DNA of 64,000 nucleotides, from assembly GCA_964291285.2 (NCBI GenBank), contig OZ219789.1, positions 96,001 through 160,000 of the forward strand, in the 5' to 3' direction. The position numbers and the translations under genes were made by a program. Of this stretch, positions 48,987 through 56,731 are shown piece by piece. This stretch comes from Alphaproteobacteria bacterium. Lineage in GTDB: Bacteria; Pseudomonadota; Alphaproteobacteria; Bin95. Positions within the stretch are counted from its first letter, which is position 1, and each line of letters opens with the position of its first letter. Under the pieces are notes generated by a model. It had not been told where the DNA came from. It did not search any database and saw only the letters and a list, made by a program, of their open reading frames with translations.

Positions 48987-50222
48987 ATGGATGCCGCGAT
49001 CCGGACCGCCAGCGTCATGCCCGTGCAGGAAATGGGCACCGAGACCGACACGCGCGATTACCTGGCCCATGCCCGCGCCCATGCCCGCAAGGCGGGCTAC
49101 GCCGACTGGACCATCGTCGATATCGACGCGCACCATGTCGAGACCGTCCACTGGCACGAGATCATCGACTATATCGAGGACCCGGTGCTGCGCCACCAGG
49201 CGACGATGTACCAGAAGGAGCGCATCGGCGCGCCGCCCTACGGCCTCAACGGCGATCTCGGCCTGCGCTACCAGGATGTCGGCGGGCGCATCCCGCACCA
49301 GTCCTCGCGGCGCGAGAAGGTGGACGAGCCGGGCGTGCATCTCGACGTGGCGCTGACGCGCCGGGCAATGGACGCGCTCTGCGTGGACTACATGGTGCTC
49401 TTCCCGACGCCGATGCTGTTCATCGGCATGCACCCGCAGGTGGAGATGGAGGCGGTTCTGTCGAACGCCTACAACCGCTGGCTGGCTGAGAACGTGCTCT
49501 CGGCCGAGGACGGCATCCTGTCGCTCGCCGTGCTGCCCTTCAACTCGCCGGACGCCGCCTGCCGCACGGTCGAGGAGTTCGGCGGCAACCCGAACGTCAT
49601 CGGCTTCACCGTCACCTCGACCCGCTACAAGCCGGTCCATTCCAACGAATATATGCGCCTCTACCGCATGATCGAGGAAACCGGAAAGCCCATCGCCTTC
49701 CATGCCGGCTACCACTGGCAGGACCCCTCGCTCGCCACCTGCAACAGCTTCCTCGGCATGCATGCGCTGGGGTTCGTGTGGTGCAACCTCGTGCACATGA
49801 CCAACTGGATCCTGAACGGCATCCCGGAGCGCTTCCCGAAGCTGAACAGCCTCTGGGTGGAGAGCGGGCTTTCCTGGGTCCCGTTCCTGATACAGCGGCT
49901 CGACGACCAGTATCTGATGCGCCAGAGCGAGGCGCCGCTGCTGACCAGGATGCCGTCGGACTACATGCGCGAGAGCTGCTTCTACACCTGCCAGCCGCTC
50001 GAGAAGAGCAGCGAGGTGGGCCTCAGGGCGACCCTGGAGATGATCAAGGCCGAGACGCAGCTTCTCTACGCCTCGGACTGGCCGCATTTCGACTTCGACG
50101 CGCCGCGCGCGATCTACGACATCCCGTTCCTGACCGAAGACCAGAAGCGCAACATCCTCGGCCGCAACGCCGCCCGCCTGTTCAACCTCCCGAAGAAGGA
50201 GGGCGCGCGGAAGGCGGCGTAG
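48987..50222 (+). CDS. Amidohydrolase_2-fold protein, probable dinuclear oxygenase (AibH/PtmU3-like)
   Basis: DIDAHHVE, FPT, AYNRWL, FHAG, MHALG, VESG, ASDWPHFD. Confidence 0.85.
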   Translation: MDAAIRTASVMPVQEMGTETDTRDYLAHARAHARKAGYADWTIVDIDAHHVETVHWHEIIDYIEDPVLRHQATMYQKERIGAPPYGLNGDLGLRYQDVGGRIPHQSSRREKVDEPGVHLDVALTRRAMDALCVDYMVLFPTPMLFIGMHPQVEMEAVLSNAYNRWLAENVLSAEDGILSLAVLPFNSPDAACRTVEEFGGNPNVIGFTVTSTRYKPVHSNEYMRLYRMIEETGKPIAFHAGYHWQDPSLATCNSFLGMHALGFVWCNLVHMTNWILNGIPERFPKLNSLWVESGLSWVPFLIQRLDDQYLMRQSEAPLLTRMPSDYMRESCFYTCQPLEKSSEVGLRATLEMIKAETQLLYASDWPHFDFDAPRAIYDIPFLTEDQKRNILGRNAARLFNLPKKEGARKAA

Positions 50223-50244
50223 AGGGGTATCCGATCACGATAAA

Positions 50245-51940
50245 CCTAAATCCGGCAGTTGACGAGCTTGATCGCTGTCTCGGGGTAGTGTGAACGGTCG
50301 GATTTGGGCGTGGATTTCAGCACGTGGTCGCGGCCCTGGGTGGCGGCAGCCAGGGTTGACGCCCCGGTTCGCGGCCATGGAGGTATTTCCTGAGCGCCTC
50401 GGCGAGGATGCGGCGCCAGCGATCCCCGGCGCTCAACTGCTCCGCAGTTTGCGTCAGCGACCGGAAGAAGCCGGCGATCCGGCGCAGCGCCGCCATCACC
50501 GTCTTGCGACGCCCGTGATGGGAGGTCACCGTCAGCCGGGTCTGGCCGGCGTGGTGGGTCTGGCGGGCAACCCCGTGCAGGAGCAGCGGCCGGCTGGTGA
50601 TCGCCTCGCGGTGATGGTCGGGGTCGGCGAGGCGCACGAACAGGCTCCACCAGTTGTAGATGAGCGCGATCAGCCGGGCCATGTGCCGGCAGCGCGTCAG
50701 GTCGCGCGTGGTGAAGCCGCCCCAACCCCACTGGTTCTTCAACTCGTCGAAGCCGTTCTCCGCGTCCGCCCGGTCGCGGTAGAGCTGGGCCAGCGAGCGT
50801 ATCTCCAGGTCCAGCGAGGTCGCCAGCACCGCGAACTCCCACACCCCGGTGCCGGGCTGCGCCTCGGTCCAGAACAGCTCGCCCTGGGCCTTGTCGCCAC
50901 GCGTCAGCGCCAGCGTCGCAGGAAGCCGCCGACGCAGCACCACAACCCGGCGCGTCCGGCTCCAGCCCTGCAGACGCAGATCGGCCCCGATCCCCGACCA
51001 GCCCTGGCCTGCATCCTCCCAGCCGTCCCGCACCATCAGCCGCTCGGCAAGCCGGCGCGCCCCCTTCGTCAGGCGCAGCTTGAACAAATAGTCCAGACCC
51101 GCAGCCTCGCACGACGCCATGTTGGCCTCGCTGCCCCAGTCCTTATCGCCCCGCACCAGACGCGGCCAGCGATCCCGACCGAGACGGTCGAGCAACGCCC
51201 ACAAGGACGGCGCCGCGCGCCTCGAATGGTGATGGTTGCCCGGCGCCACCTCGACATCCAGAACAAGCCGCGTGCCCGCCATCAGGAACGCATGGCAGGC
51301 ATGCGAGGGGCGGCCCGGCTTCTTCGGGTTGTAGCTCACAACCGCCCCCTCCTGACGACCGTAAAGCGCCTTGATCGTCGTGTCGCAGTCCAGAACCCAC
51401 GGCTCCCTCAGCAGCGGACGGACCACCTCGTCCAGATGGCCCTGAAGCCACGATGTGCCGACATCCGCACCGATCCGCTCCAGACCGCGCCGCACCGAAT
51501 CCTCGCTCGCAACCTTGTCCATACCCAGCAGCGCAGGGTTCACCCCGTCGCCGCGCAGCGACGTGATGTGCGCATAGCGAGACTGCCCCGCCAGAACCGA
51601 CAGAAGAACCGTCCCCAGGACATCCCGCTTCGACGGCGCGTTCGGGCTCGTGTAGTGCAGCGGGCAGTCCGCAACCAAAGCGTCAAAGCGACCGCTTACC
51701 TTCAGGTATTCCGAGAAAAACGCCAGATGCCCCAGCGGCGTCACCGCCGCATCAGGGTCCCATTCCACATGAACCGCGCCGCCGAAGGTGTCCACCTTCA
51801 CCGACGCTCGGGCGACATCCCGCACAGCGCCAGGATAATCACCCAAAGGGTGAGCCTCTTCGGCCCCTGAAAAGCCGCTCATACCCGCAGACTACAAGGG
51901 ATTCGGCAAGGCCAAGCCATCCTCAACTGCCGGATTTAGG
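50245..51940 (-). mobile_element. Complete IS1380-family insertion sequence (1696 bp)
   Basis: 18-bp perfect IRs CCTAAATCCGGCAGTTGA (50245-50262 / 51923-51940); ATAAA target duplication at 50240-50244 and 51941-51945. Confidence 0.93.
50317..51882 (-). CDS. IS1380-family DDE transposase
   Basis: LDCDTT..LYG.QEG..YNP, VRGDKD, YRDRADAENGFDELK. Confidence 0.93.
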   Translation of the reverse strand: MSGFSGAEEAHPLGDYPGAVRDVARASVKVDTFGGAVHVEWDPDAAVTPLGHLAFFSEYLKVSGRFDALVADCPLHYTSPNAPSKRDVLGTVLLSVLAGQSRYAHITSLRGDGVNPALLGMDKVASEDSVRRGLERIGADVGTSWLQGHLDEVVRPLLREPWVLDCDTTIKALYGRQEGAVVSYNPKKPGRPSHACHAFLMAGTRLVLDVEVAPGNHHHSRRAAPSLWALLDRLGRDRWPRLVRGDKDWGSEANMASCEAAGLDYLFKLRLTKGARRLAERLMVRDGWEDAGQGWSGIGADLRLQGWSRTRRVVVLRRRLPATLALTRGDKAQGELFWTEAQPGTGVWEFAVLATSLDLEIRSLAQLYRDRADAENGFDELKNQWGWGGFTTRDLTRCRHMARLIALIYNWWSLFVRLADPDHHREAITSRPLLLHGVARQTHHAGQTRLTVTSHHGRRKTVMAALRRIAGFFRSLTQTAEQLSAGDRWRRILAEALRKYLHGREPGRQPWLPPPRAATTC

Positions 51941-51960
51941 ATAAAATGAGGCGACGTCCG

Positions 51961-52090
51961 CCCTTCGATACGCGCCCCCTTCGTCAGGCTCAGGGCAGGC
52001 TGCTGACGCGGTCGCCACTCAGGGTGAGGGAAAAAACGAAACTCCGGGAATTCCTTCATCCCGAGTAGCGGCGGAGCCGCGTATCGAGGG
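51961..52090. repeat. REP/MITE-like palindromic intergenic element, copy 2
   Basis: Same ends and core as 32751-32862; also carries an internal CCCTTCGTCAGGCTCAGGGCAGG REP-like unit. Confidence 0.85.
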
Positions 52091-52114
52091 ACGACCGGAC
52101 TGCCGGCCGGCGTG

Positions 52115-52975
52115 TCATTTGCCCGCCTTCAGGGCTTTGGCGAACTTTGCCGCCTCTTCGGGTTTCATGCTGTAGCTGTGGTCCTCGTCCGGGAACAGTC
52201 CGGCGCGCACCTCTTCGGCATAGTCGGCGAAGGCTTCGGTCGCGATTTCGGCGATGTTGCCGTAGCGCTTGGCGAATTTCGGCTTGAAGGTATCGAAGGC
52301 GCCGATCAGGTCGTAGCCGTTGAGCAGCTGGCAGGTGCCCGCCGAGCCGGCGCCGATGGAGAAGGTGAAGATGCTCACCGCCTCGTCGACCGCCTTGCCG
52401 ACCTCGTAGGGCATCGCCTCGATCTCCAGGCCGATGGCGCCGGCCTCTTCGATAGCCCGGGCGTTGTCGACGATCTCCAGCGCGTCCTCCGCCGTGCGGC
52501 CCTGCATTTTGAAGCCGCCGTATTTGTGCACATAGTGGGGCAGCAGCCCGACATGGCTCATGACGGGGACGCCGGCGTCGGCGACCGCCCTGATGATGTC
52601 GAACATCTCGCGCCCGCCCTGCAGCTTCACCGCTTCGGCGCCGCTTTCCTTCATCATCCGCACGGCGTTCGTCACCGCCAGGTCGGCGGTGGCGTAAGAC
52701 CCGTAGGGCATGGAGACGAGGCAGAATGTGTTCGGCGCGCCGCGGCGGACGGCCCTGGTGTGCTCGATCATCTGGTCGACGGTCATGGGCAGCGTGTTCT
52801 CGTGCCCGTAAAGCGTCATGCCCAGGCTGTCCCCGACGCCCAGTATGTCGATACCGGCCCGCTCCGCCCAGGCTGCGGTCAGGCATTCGCCGACCGCCAC
52901 CATCGCCAGCCGCTCGCCCGCCGCCTTCCTGGCGGCGAGATCCGGAATGGTCAGTCTGGGGCGCCGGTCGGTCAT
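52115..52975 (-). CDS. PanB-family (ketopantoate hydroxymethyltransferase-like) protein, divergent active site
   Basis: GVGDSLG, HTRAVRRG, HVGLLP, GGFKMQGR, IGAG, PKFAKRY, FPDEDH. Confidence 0.88.
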   Translation of the reverse strand: MTDRRPRLTIPDLAARKAAGERLAMVAVGECLTAAWAERAGIDILGVGDSLGMTLYGHENTLPMTVDQMIEHTRAVRRGAPNTFCLVSMPYGSYATADLAVTNAVRMMKESGAEAVKLQGGREMFDIIRAVADAGVPVMSHVGLLPHYVHKYGGFKMQGRTAEDALEIVDNARAIEEAGAIGLEIEAMPYEVGKAVDEAVSIFTFSIGAGSAGTCQLLNGYDLIGAFDTFKPKFAKRYGNIAEIATEAFADYAEEVRAGLFPDEDHSYSMKPEEAAKFAKALKAGK

Positions 52976-53281
52976 CCGATTTCGTTCCATCGATTTTGCC
53001 ATACTACCGGGCCGCAACCCGATCGGGTCCGCTCCGGTCGATCCGACGGATTTCGCCAAGGCGCTCGCAGCGAAGCGTCATTCCCCGGGCACAGGCCGGG
53101 GCGCCGTCTGCTGGCCGAAGCGGGACTCCATCGCCTGCCGCCGCCGCATGGGCGGCGATCCGGTCCATGCGCCCTTCCTCCGCCGGGATCTGCCGACAGT
53201 GTTTAGGCCGCTTCCCGCGTTCCTGCAACGGGCCGTTTCCTGCCGTGCGCGGGCAATGTCGACGCTTGTCCGGGGGCATCA

Positions 53282-53353
53282 GTTTTCCTCTTGTTCGTTT
53301 TTTTGAAATAATTCCGTAATTGAGGCTTGCATTTTAGGAAAATGTGCTACAAT
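53282..53353 (+). promoter_or_regulatory. AT-rich promoter with extended -10 and a near-consensus LexA box
   Basis: GTTT-TCCTCTT-GTTC (53282-53296); TTGCAT at 53327; TG-C-TACAAT (53345-53353). Confidence 0.5.
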
Positions 53354-53591
53354 GGGTCCGAGGTGAGCGAAGTCCGCGCGGACCGCTTCCCGCCCGCGCC
53401 GGCCCGGTGCGGAACGACCCCGATTCGACGCACAGGCGAAGTGCGCCCTCTGGCTCGCGCGCGCAATCAGGCGCGCGAACCGCGCCGGCGCCGACACCCG
53501 CCCGCGCCCGCACGCGATTGCGCGCGGATAAGGGTCGCTCCCCGCCGGGCCTGCCTGTCGAACGCCAGCGGAACGAAAGGACCCGCACACC

Positions 53592-54581
53592 ATGCCCGTC
53601 ATCGACCCCGCCGTCGCGCTTTCCACCCGCCAGGAAGCCTTCTGCCGCCACTACACAGCGTCCGGCAATGCCGCAGACGCCGCAAGGCAGGCCGGCTATG
53701 CCGAGCGCTCCGCACGACAGACCGGATGCGCCCTGCTGGAGCGGCCCTACATCGTCGAGCGCGTGCGCCGCATCCGCCTGTCGTGGCGGCGCACCGAACG
53801 CGACGAGGCCCGCATCCTGCTCACCCGCTCGGAGCAGGCCTGGGACGCCGCCGTCGCCAGCGGCTCGGCCTACATGATGCTGCGGGTGCTGCGCTTCCAG
53901 GCCGAGATCGCCGGGCTTGTCAGTCCGGCCGGCGCGAACCGCGCCCGCCTCTGGCCGCTGCCGCACGAGGATGAACTCGGCGAGATCGAAGCGGGCGAGG
54001 CTCTGGAGACGGGCACCGAACCCGGACCGCTCGCAGACGCCGTGCGCCTAGGGCGGGACCGGGCCGAACGAGCGCTCGCCCGCCACCGCGAGCGGCGCGA
54101 GGAGATGGAGGCGCAGGAGGGCTTCGACGGGGCCGCGCATGAGGAGGACGCCCGCAGGCTCGCCGCGGCCGTCGAGGAGCGTTCCCGCCTGCCCGTCAGC
54201 TTCGGCCCCCCGCCCGCGCCGGCAAACGACCTGCCGCCGGCCGACGACCCGCCGGAGGAGACCTACGAAGACTGCCCCTGGGCCGCCGCCGACACACCCG
54301 GCCACGAGGACAGCACCGACGACGACCGGGCCGACGGCGCCGAACATGACTGGCTCTACCAGCGCCGCAACGGATACGACGACATCTACGACCCCTGGGC
54401 CCCGGAGGAGGTCGAAGAGCGCAGGCAGAGCCGCCTCGAACGGGAAGAGCGGGGCGGCGACGAAGACGACGATTGGAGCGGACCGGCGGCGAGGGGGAAG
54501 AAGCAGAAAAAGAAGAAGGGGAAAAAGCGGAGGACCGGCCCGGAGAACGCCGGTTCCGCCCCCGACCATGACAAAACATGA
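53592..54581 (+). CDS. Orphan terminase-small-subunit-like HTH protein with acidic and Lys-rich tail
   Basis: LSTRQEAFCRHY...GNAADAARQAGYAERSARQTGCALL..P.I resembles the Terminase_2 N-terminus; AAAGGA RBS. Confidence 0.78.
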   Translation: MPVIDPAVALSTRQEAFCRHYTASGNAADAARQAGYAERSARQTGCALLERPYIVERVRRIRLSWRRTERDEARILLTRSEQAWDAAVASGSAYMMLRVLRFQAEIAGLVSPAGANRARLWPLPHEDELGEIEAGEALETGTEPGPLADAVRLGRDRAERALARHRERREEMEAQEGFDGAAHEEDARRLAAAVEERSRLPVSFGPPPAPANDLPPADDPPEETYEDCPWAAADTPGHEDSTDDDRADGAEHDWLYQRRNGYDDIYDPWAPEEVEERRQSRLEREERGGDEDDDWSGPAARGKKQKKKKGKKRRTGPENAGSAPDHDKT

Positions 54582-54593
54582 CATTCCATGACA
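54567..54593 (+). repeat. Three CATGACA direct repeats at exact 10-bp spacing
   Basis: CATGACA at 54567, 54577 and 54587, spanning the stop codon. Confidence 0.85.
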
Positions 54594-54745
54594 CGGCGCC
54601 AGGGGCCGCCGCCATTCCTCTCCTCTCCCGCCTGCAGGAAAGGCCGGGAGGGGATAGGAGCACCGCGATGAGATCCCCTCTCCCGCCCGCGGAAGAGCCG
54701 GGAGAGAGCCAGCGGCCTCGCAGCGCCGCGAGGCCCGACGCCCGT

Positions 54746-55771
54746 CTATACGCCGGAGCGGACCTTCGGGATCACCTCTTCGGCAAGCATCGCCATTTCG
54801 TCGAGCACCATGCTTTGCGGCATGCCCGGGAACTGGATGCCGAACACGAAATGACTGATGCCGAAGCGGCGGACATAGCCGATGATCTGCTCCGCCACCT
54901 CGTCCGGCGAGCCGAACAGGAACCGGTCCTTCAGCAGGTCCTCATAGTCCTGGCCGAAATCGCCGTCATCCTCGGGCATTACCTTGTCCTGGCCCCATTC
55001 CTTGTAGGCGCGGTATTTCGCCATCAGATAGGGCTCGGCCGTGCGGATGGCCTCCTCGCGCGACCGGCCCACCACGACCTCGCGCATCATCGGCAGTTCC
55101 GCCGGCATCGGCTTGCCGGCCTTGTCGAGGGCGCGCTTGTACACTTCCATCTGCCGGGCCGTCGTGGTGACCGTGTTGTGCGGACTGATGAACCAGGCGT
55201 CCGTCAGCCGGGCGGCGCGCTCGATCGCCCGGTCGGCATTGGCGCCGACCCAGACGGGCGGCGTCGGCTTCTGGATCGGCTTGACCGTGCAGGCGGCGTC
55301 GATGAGTTCGAAATGCGAGCCCTTCATGGTGACGCGCTCCTCGGTCCACAGCCGCCGGATCGCTTCCAGGTTCTCGACGAAGCGCGGCACGGCGTCCTTC
55401 TGCGTCGTGCCGAACGCCCGGAATTCCACTTCCCGGTAGCCGAGCCCGATGCCGAAAATGAGCTTGCCGCCGCTCATCACGTCGATATTCGCGAAGATTT
55501 CCGCGACATCGAGCGGCTTGTGCAGCGGCAGCAGGCAGATGCCGCAGAGCAGGCGCAGCGACGGGCATTCGGCGGTCATGCGGGCCAGGAACGGCACCTG
55601 CTGGAAATCCATCAACGGCCAGGAGCTGTAATGCGAGCCCTTCATGATGGAGTCGAATTCGAGCCGTTCGGCGGCGCGGGCCTGCTCGACCATCTCGTCC
55701 CAGTGCAGTTTCGCGTCGTCGCCGACGGGGAACTGGCCCCGGTTCATGATTCCGAACTGAAGCGCCGTCAT
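54746..55771 (-). CDS. LLM-class flavin (possibly F420)-dependent oxidoreductase
   Basis: AERLEFDSI...HY, PLDVAE..A..D..SGG, GLGYR..EF, KPIQKPTPPVWVGA, GSPDEV. Confidence 0.9.
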   Translation of the reverse strand: MTALQFGIMNRGQFPVGDDAKLHWDEMVEQARAAERLEFDSIMKGSHYSSWPLMDFQQVPFLARMTAECPSLRLLCGICLLPLHKPLDVAEIFANIDVMSGGKLIFGIGLGYREVEFRAFGTTQKDAVPRFVENLEAIRRLWTEERVTMKGSHFELIDAACTVKPIQKPTPPVWVGANADRAIERAARLTDAWFISPHNTVTTTARQMEVYKRALDKAGKPMPAELPMMREVVVGRSREEAIRTAEPYLMAKYRAYKEWGQDKVMPEDDGDFGQDYEDLLKDRFLFGSPDEVAEQIIGYVRRFGISHFVFGIQFPGMPQSMVLDEMAMLAEEVIPKVRSGV

Positions 55772-55801
55772 GTCTTACCCCTCTCCTTCCCGGCGGCGCA
55801 T

Positions 55802-55980
55802 AACGCCGCCATTCGTGTAGTTCGCCGCGTTCCGCGCGGCGGCGCCAACGCCGCCATGCATTCAGTTCGCCGCGTTCCGCGCGGCGGCGCCAACGCCGCC
55901 ATGCATTCAGTTCGCCGCGTTCCGCGCGGCGGCGCCAACGCCGCCATCCGTAAAGCTCGCCGCGTCTCGCGCGGCGGCGA
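55802..55980. repeat. Four-copy 45-bp tandem repeat overlapping the cofC 3' end
   Basis: Units start at 55802, 55847, 55892 and 55937: AACGCCGCC-AT(N6)-AGTTCGCCGCGTTCCGCGCGGCGGCGCC. Confidence 0.92.
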
Positions 55981-56677
55981 GGCGCGCCGGTATGTCCGTG
56001 CCGTGCAGCCATGCAAGCGCCCGGCAGGCGCCGCCCTGCGCGAGCAGCATGCGCAAATCCTCGGGCTTGTCCACATCGAGGGCGATGCCGGGAAGCCCCG
56101 TGACGATGCGCGGCTCGATGCCGAGCGCGCGCGCCTCGGCCCTGTGCGGCCGGAAGCTGTCATGGCCGAAATGGAACGGGATGGCGTCGGGCGGAGAGCT
56201 GGCCACGCAATTGGTCCCGCGGCCGTCTCCGGCGGGCGTGAGCGTCACGGAGGGCGCGGGCCCGTGCGCCGCCAGGACCCGGTCGATCTCCGCCGGGGAG
56301 ACGAGGGGCACGTCGCCCGGCAAGGCCAGCGCGGCGCCGGCGCCGGCGCCGGCCAGCGCCGCGACGGCGTCGGCGACAGCGGGGCTCTGGCCGCGGTTGG
56401 CCGGTTCTTCCAGCACCGCGGCGCCGTATTCCTCCGCAAGTGCCTGCGCCCAGGTGTCGCGGGTGACGACAACCGTTCCTTCCAGGCCCCCCGCGCCGGT
56501 CAGCGCCGCGAGCACATCCTCCGCCATTGCGCGAAACAAATTCCGGCGCTCTTCGGACGTCAACGCCGCTGCCAGGCGGGTTTTTGCATGTTCCGGATTC
56601 TTGAGCGGCAGGACGCCCCAGGCAGATCCCGCCGTAACATTCCTTAACAAAGCGTGACTTGTGGGGCGGCGAATCAC
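55907..56677 (-). CDS. cofC: 2-phospho-L-lactate/PEP guanylyltransferase (F420 biosynthesis); start uncertain
   Basis: VLPLK....AKTRLA, MAEDVL, LPGDVP, GRGTN, HFG.DSF..H, ALDVDKPEDL. Confidence 0.9.
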   Translation of the reverse strand: MIRRPTSHALLRNVTAGSAWGVLPLKNPEHAKTRLAAALTSEERRNLFRAMAEDVLAALTGAGGLEGTVVVTRDTWAQALAEEYGAAVLEEPANRGQSPAVADAVAALAGAGAGAALALPGDVPLVSPAEIDRVLAAHGPAPSVTLTPAGDGRGTNCVASSPPDAIPFHFGHDSFRPHRAEARALGIEPRIVTGLPGIALDVDKPEDLRMLLAQGGACRALAWLHGTDIPARLAAARDAASFTDGGVGAAARNAAN

Positions 56678-56731
56678 CTCGTTATTGTCTCCATACGGAT
56701 TCGCGGGTTTGGGAAGCCATAATACATCGCA

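Noticed and set aside
53004-53279. 91-aa minus-strand ORF with an AGAGGA RBS
   Set aside because: It has no recognisable motif and an atypical composition, and the RBS-like sequence coincides with the putative LexA box. It cannot be excluded but is unsupported.
53300-54700. Prophage
   Set aside because: No terminase large subunit, portal, capsid, integrase or att-like repeats are visible.
55802-55980. CRISPR array
   Set aside because: The variable part is only about 6-8 nt, two units are identical, there are no cas genes, and the period is a codon multiple in frame with cofC.
56630-56650. CtrA box upstream of lpxC (and a TTAAC half-site near fzlA at about 1313)
   Set aside because: Only half-sites are present, and the spacing does not fit TTAA-N7-TTAA.
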